DNA from: an uncultured Dehalococcoidales bacterium
Lineage (GTDB): Bacteria > Chloroflexota > Dehalococcoidia > GIF9 > UBA5629
Reading direction: 5' to 3'
DNA: 64,000 bases
Assembly (NCBI GenBank): GCA_964549635.1
Contig: CAZJVJ010000003.1
Coordinates: 41,612-105,611 of the forward strand
Shown here: positions 59,467 through 64,000 of the stretch, piece by piece
How positions within the stretch are numbered: position 1 is the stretch's first letter
Layout of the letters: each line of letters begins with the position of its first letter
The notes under the pieces: model-generated
Told to the model about the DNA's origin: nothing
Databases searched by the model: none
What the model saw: the letters and a program-made list of their open reading frames with translations, nothing else
Position numbers and translations under genes: made by a program

Positions 59467-60399
59467 ATGAAAACTACAAGCGATAGAAAATTCACTCTAT
59501 TCAATGCTATTGGCAACACCCCACTGGTAGAGCTTCGAAATATAAACGGGAACCCCAGGATTAGAATTTTGGGGAAGTTCGAAGGTGCTAATCCCGGTGG
59601 TTCAGTAAAAGACCGCCCCGCTTACTATATGATAATAAAGGCTGAGGAAGCCGGTTTGCTTACCAGGGAGAAAACCATAGTTGAGCCGACATCAGGTAAC
59701 ATGGGGATTGCCTTGGCTATGATAGGGGCAGCAAGTGGTTACCGTGTCAAACTTTTCATGCCGGAGTGTGTTAGTACAGAGAGGCAACGTACGCTTGCTG
59801 CGCTCGGTGCTGAAGTTATACTCACACCTGCAGAAGAAGGCACGGACGGTGCCATAAGAAGAGCTTGGCAACTAGTAAACGAAGACCCTGAGAAATATTA
59901 CATGCCAAACCAGTTCGATAACGAGAGCAACGTGCTGGCTCATTATGAGACCACTGGGCCCGAGGTTTTCACTCAAACTGGGGGTGAAGTTGATGTCTTT
60001 GTTGCCGGTATAGGGACAACAGGAACGCTAATGGGAACGGGTAAATATCTGAAAGAGAAAAAACCCAGAATAAAGATAGTAGCAGTGGAACCTACAGAGG
60101 GGCACACAATACAGGGATTAAAGAATATGAATGAATCTATAGTTCCTAAAATCTATCGTCCAGAAATGTCTGACGAAAAGATCGTAATCGAAGATGATGA
60201 GGCGTTTGAGACAACCAGGCTACTGGCTGTTAAAGAGGGACTCTTCGTTGGTATGTCAAGTGGCGCGGCAGTAGCCGGAGCATTACGGATAGCCAAAGAA
60301 CTGAACTCGGGCACGATCGTGGTTATTTTGCCTGACCGTGGTGACCGCTATTTAAGCACTACGCTGTTCCGTTCATTTTGCGCTAAATGCCCACCATAG
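59467..60399 (+). CDS. cysteine synthase-family PLP enzyme (CysK/CysM-like)
   Basis: NTPLV, the GGSVKDR PLP lysine, and the GIGTTGT and SSGAA motifs. Confidence 0.85.
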   Translation: MKTTSDRKFTLFNAIGNTPLVELRNINGNPRIRILGKFEGANPGGSVKDRPAYYMIIKAEEAGLLTREKTIVEPTSGNMGIALAMIGAASGYRVKLFMPECVSTERQRTLAALGAEVILTPAEEGTDGAIRRAWQLVNEDPEKYYMPNQFDNESNVLAHYETTGPEVFTQTGGEVDVFVAGIGTTGTLMGTGKYLKEKKPRIKIVAVEPTEGHTIQGLKNMNESIVPKIYRPEMSDEKIVIEDDEAFETTRLLAVKEGLFVGMSSGAAVAGALRIAKELNSGTIVVILPDRGDRYLSTTLFRSFCAKCPP

Positions 60400-60407
60400 A
60401 CTGCTTT

Positions 60408-61157
60408 TCAGCCAAATCCCTCAAGGAAAGCTTTAACATTCTTGCCTAGGACACTGTGATTGTAACCACCCTCTAACACTGCGAACCTGTAACCTTTACA
60501 GTTCTTTTCAGCAGCGTCCTTGATTAGATTTCCAATAGTAAAGTAGTCATGCGTAGTTAGCAGACCACCCCAATCTTCAATATGGCGGTCAAAACCTGCC
60601 GAAACTGCTATTATAGAGTATTCTCTTTCCTCCTTAAGTCTTTTGGCTATTTGTCCAAGAAAGTTTTCGCGGTCGCTAGCCTCTGGATGGAAATATTTGA
60701 TTTTGCTGCCAGAAAAGATGTTGTTTGTGCCATCTCCGAAGTGCAGGTCAAAGTCCAAAATTAAAGCAGATGTAATCAAATTTGCGCTTTGAAGTTTAGC
60801 CAAAGCTATAGCGATGTTGTTAAAGTAGCAGAACCCCCAGCAATGGTCAACACTGGCATGATGCCCTGGCGGCCTGATGAGACCAAAGCTAGCCTCCCCC
60901 TTTAAGGCTATCTGGGCAGCGTTAATTGCCCCACCGGCAGCCAAGCAGGCGATTTCGAAAAGGTGTTTATCCCTTTTGATTGACTCTATGTGATACTGAG
61001 AATGAACCCTTATTAAATCGTCTTCGAAAGCTGGCTGTGGTTGAATGAAATCATATTTCCCTTCGAGTTCCTTTAAAATTGACTCGATCCGCCCCGGGCT
61101 TGCAGCAGGATCAGAGGCATAAACTTCAGTATAACGAGGATGGTAAACTACTTTCAC
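60408..61157 (-). CDS. compact histone deacetylase-family (arginase/deacetylase fold) protein
   Basis: RPPGHHA, DFDLHFGDGT and GGYN motifs; only 249 aa. Confidence 0.8.
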   Translation of the reverse strand: MKVVYHPRYTEVYASDPAASPGRIESILKELEGKYDFIQPQPAFEDDLIRVHSQYHIESIKRDKHLFEIACLAAGGAINAAQIALKGEASFGLIRPPGHHASVDHCWGFCYFNNIAIALAKLQSANLITSALILDFDLHFGDGTNNIFSGSKIKYFHPEASDRENFLGQIAKRLKEEREYSIIAVSAGFDRHIEDWGGLLTTHDYFTIGNLIKDAAEKNCKGYRFAVLEGGYNHSVLGKNVKAFLEGFG

Positions 61158-61214
61158 TTTTATACTTACAGCCTATCTCACGATATGAACTATGTTGTTA
61201 GATCCATTTCAAAA

Positions 61215-61760
61215 TGCCCATGAACAAAGTTAGACAGATGATGTCAAAAGAGAATATTGCTCCCACTATGATTGCCTTCTTCCTCATGCTCTCCATGTCA
61301 TATATACAGAAGAAAAAAGAAAAAGCAAAGATGTCCTACCGAAAAATTAGGTATGGCGCACTTTCGTTCCACCATGGACAATCCAAAGTGAAGTGCACCA
61401 ATAGCAGTTAATAGACGCTCTACAAATACACAAAACACTGAAGCAATGATAGCAAAAAGTAACCTATTAGGGATGCCCAAGATCTTCATTTTCTTGTCTT
61501 TGGGCAGCATTTTGCTGAAGCCGATACCGGGGATAACAAACATAAATCAGAATTCGATATTAAAGCCTATTAGAATCAGATAGGCTATTTGCTCGGGGGC
61601 GCCACAAAGCGGGGCGTATTGAGTAAAATGGAAAACCAGACCATTTCAGATCTCGTTTTAAACCAGTCTGTGCCCCAGAATCCCAAGCCAGCAAAAAGCA
61701 AGACTCCGGTCTCCTTTCTCAACCTTATTGGCGTTTAACAAGGACAACAAGAGCAATAGT
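61215..61760 (-). pseudogene. possible disrupted membrane-protein gene
   Basis: Hydrophobic minus-strand fragments in different frames (LLFAGLGFWGTDWF...; MFVIPGIGFSKML...LLFAIIASVFCVF) are separated by stops. No intact ORF with an RBS is present. Confidence 0.25.
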
Positions 61761-61934
61761 GCAATGACATACCATTAAAATAGGGTTACCTCTCGCAATA
61801 TACTTAATGATTGCTCAGCTGACTCTACCGATAAAACTCCGTACATCTGAATCATAAGGTGCTTAGTTAGTTTTCAAAAACGCAGTGGCAATGTTAGCCC
61901 CCGTTTTGGGCTTTTAAAAAATAAGATGTTTAAA

Positions 61935-63131
61935 TCATTTCAGTTGCTCTCTGGAATAGTTGAGTATACGTCGCGCTACGATAAGCATGTTAATCTGGCC
62001 AGTCCCCTCAAAGAGGTCGTTTATCTTAGCGTCACGCATCCATTTCTCAAGTAGGTTCTTTCTAGAGTAGCCCAGCGGTCCCATAATCTCAACCGCTTTC
62101 TGAGTGATCTTCGTAATTGCCAGCCCAGCTTTTGCCTTGGCCATTGATGCCTCTAGATTATTAGGTTGAAACTGGCTCATCATCCAAAGCGCTCTCAAGG
62201 TTAATAGCTTTGCTGCCTTGTAATTGGCCTCCATATCCATCACGTCACGTTCAAGGGCAGTCAGCTTCTGTCGTGGTAAGCCGTAACGAATTTTGATACC
62301 TTCCTTCTCCAAAGTTTCTTTGACAAAATCTAAAGCAGCACGACCCACCCCAAGGGCTTGAGCTGCCACAATAGGTCTGGTGGCATCAAAGGTAGCCATT
62401 GCCCCCTTGAATCCTTTAGTGCCTTCCTTATCCATCTTCTTGACTTCAGGGCTACCTAATATGTTTTCATAGGGGATTCGACAATTATCGAAAACTAATG
62501 TGGCGGTATCGCTAGCTCTGATACCTAGCTTTTTTTCTAACTTCTCTACTCGTAAACCGGGGGTCCCAGCTTCTACAACAAATGGTTTTATGCCGGCTCG
62601 CCCCGCCGATTTGTCTACGGTTGCCCAGACTACTACAAAGCCGTTAGAATCTTGCAAAGCCCTTTTTCCCCAGGTGACGAATATTTTTTCACCGTTAATC
62701 ACCCATTCATTACCGTCTTGCACCGCAGTAGTGGTGATAGCAGAGGTATCAGAACCGCAGCCAGCCTCTGTCATAGCCATAGCGCCCCATTTTGGTCCAC
62801 CCTCGTTAAAGCGAGACAGAAAGCGCTCTAGCTGCTCCTTGGTTCCGCTGGCAAAGACAGCAGCCCCTCCAAGCGCTGGGCCTGGTATACATAGGTAAAG
62901 GCCAGCATCACCCCAGCAAAGCTCCTCAGTCCTGAGTGCTGCTGTTATGTCTAATCCGACAGCTAAGGCACCTTCACGTCTTTTTTCCCAGAGCTTATTA
63001 ATAAGCTCATTTGGGCTATCATGCTCATGCTCGTCATAATAGCGGCTGATAGGTCGAAACATCTCTTCAGCGAGCTTGTGTGCTGCCTCTATAGCCTCTT
63101 TTTGTTCTGGAGTCGGTTCGAAATCTATCAT
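61935..63131 (-). CDS. acyl-CoA dehydrogenase
   Basis: 398 aa with the ACAD N, middle and C-domain pattern (MTE..AGSD, catalytic-base region, ...EG...I....IAR). Confidence 0.85.
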   Translation of the reverse strand: MIDFEPTPEQKEAIEAAHKLAEEMFRPISRYYDEHEHDSPNELINKLWEKRREGALAVGLDITAALRTEELCWGDAGLYLCIPGPALGGAAVFASGTKEQLERFLSRFNEGGPKWGAMAMTEAGCGSDTSAITTTAVQDGNEWVINGEKIFVTWGKRALQDSNGFVVVWATVDKSAGRAGIKPFVVEAGTPGLRVEKLEKKLGIRASDTATLVFDNCRIPYENILGSPEVKKMDKEGTKGFKGAMATFDATRPIVAAQALGVGRAALDFVKETLEKEGIKIRYGLPRQKLTALERDVMDMEANYKAAKLLTLRALWMMSQFQPNNLEASMAKAKAGLAITKITQKAVEIMGPLGYSRKNLLEKWMRDAKINDLFEGTGQINMLIVARRILNYSREQLK

Positions 63132-63152
63132 CCTGTGTTATTCCTCCTTCTA

Positions 63153-64000
63153 CTATACGATAGCCATGCCATCGAAGGTGGCAAAACCCCGTCCGTTTCT
63201 CAACCATAATTCCACGGGGTGATCCCGTATATACCCGTGACCGCCTAATATTTGCACAGCTCTATCGGTTACCATCATTACCATGTCATCAGCATAGTTC
63301 TTCACTAAAGAAGCCTCTTTTGTCGCGTCCTCTTTACGATCGAGTCGCCAAGCAGCTTCCCAGGTCATCAACCTCGTGGCATCAATCTCAATTGCCATCT
63401 CTGCCAGCATAAAGGCGATCGCCTGACGAGCAGCAATAGGCTCACCGAAAGCTACACGTTCCTTAGCATAATCTCTGGAGTATTCGAAGGCTGCCTTGGC
63501 CACCCCTACAGCCATTGCCGACAGTGCCACCTTAGAGCAGTTAAGGATACGGCTGAAATCGCAACCATTTTCACCACCGAGCCGGTTCTCTTTGGGAATA
63601 CGGCAATCTTTAATGAAGAGTTCATAGGTGGCTAGTGCTTTTATCCCCATGTTCTTCTCTCTCTCGCCCACCTCAAGACCATTAATACCCTTTTCAATGA
63701 TGAAGCCCTGGGTCTTGCCCCTTTCATTGGCGTAGACTATAAGCAACTCAGCATCAGCAGCAAGCGGAACGTAGCATTTTTGCCCGTTGATGATGTAGAT
63801 GCTGTCTTCGAGTTTAGCGGTGGTTGATAGAGAGTAGGGGTCAAAGGCAAATTTAGGCTCGATAAGGGCAGCGGTCGCCGCTTTGAAATTAGCACCGCAG
63901 AAAGCAGGCAAGTACTTCTTTTTTTGCTCCTCTATACCCATTTCCAATATGGGGTTAACCACCAAGGCAGGGCAGAGTATATGCATAGCTATAGCAAGGT
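63153..64000 (-). CDS. acyl-CoA dehydrogenase (N-terminus beyond window end)
   Basis: The frame stays open to base 64000. ACAD middle and C domains are present (...GGHGY..D.P.E...R). It lies 21 nt upstream of the second ACAD. Confidence 0.8.
   Translation of the reverse strand, partial: LAIAMHILCPALVVNPILEMGIEEQKKKYLPAFCGANFKAATAALIEPKFAFDPYSLSTTAKLEDSIYIINGQKCYVPLAADAELLIVYANERGKTQGFIIEKGINGLEVGEREKNMGIKALATYELFIKDCRIPKENRLGGENGCDFSRILNCSKVALSAMAVGVAKAAFEYSRDYAKERVAFGEPIAARQAIAFMLAEMAIEIDATRLMTWEAAWRLDRKEDATKEASLVKNYADDMVMMVTDRAVQILGGHGYIRDHPVELWLRNGRGFATFDGMAIV

Noticed and set aside
61896-61915. Terminator-like hairpin AGCCC-CCGTTTT-GGGCT followed by TTT, just below the ACAD stop
   Set aside because: Its T-tract is on the plus strand, where no gene is being transcribed into it. 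On the minus strand, after the ACAD gene, the U-tract is missing.

Overview
This window looks like a core chromosomal segment of a Dehalococcoidia-like (Chloroflexota) bacterium. That placement is an inference from gene content: an 11-subunit nuo operon without nuoEFG, an unlinked 23S rRNA gene, Cheo-box-like lexA operators and archaeal-type two-subunit enzymes.

Coding content, in order:
- The 3' end of a NuoF/HydB-like gene plus a HoxU/NuoG-N-like Fe-S gene.
- tRNA-Pro, then a lexA mini-operon.
- A minus-strand cluster: RidA, ThrC-like, FrhB-like, IorAB and an amino-acid dehydrogenase.
- nadB, miaB, an SDR, a family III CoA-transferase and tRNA-Ser. Beside tRNA-Ser lies a decayed IS256-like transposase.
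- A 13-gene co-directional central-carbon block: biotin carboxyltransferase 12S, a small subunit, 5S-BCCP, a LeuCD-type dehydratase, an IDH-like dehydrogenase, mdh, fumarase alpha, sdhACDB and fumarase beta.
- Nudix, GNAT and nadK.
- nuoABCDHIJKLMN on the minus strand, with two non-nuo ORFs embedded.
- guaA.
- A transposase HTH relic, tandem promoters, a boxB/boxA leader, 23S rRNA, initiator tRNA and a terminator. No 16S or 5S is present.
- A second CoA-transferase, then abfD with a Cys-rich partner.
- A xylose-type sugar block: an isomerase-like TIM barrel, xylB, a GH3 enzyme and a membrane-anchored DUF3604 protein.
- cysK-like, an HDAC-like protein and two tandem acyl-CoA dehydrogenases.

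No CRISPR array, defence island or intact mobile element was seen.

The most interesting items are:
- the Nudix and DUF2007-like genes translationally embedded in complex I;
- the FpoF-like FrhB protein next to IorAB;
- the ATP-independent transcarboxylase-like set fused to a TCA supercluster;
- abfD with a coupled Cys-rich protein;
- the orphan 23S operon architecture.

All functional calls rest on motif recognition by eye, not on database searches.
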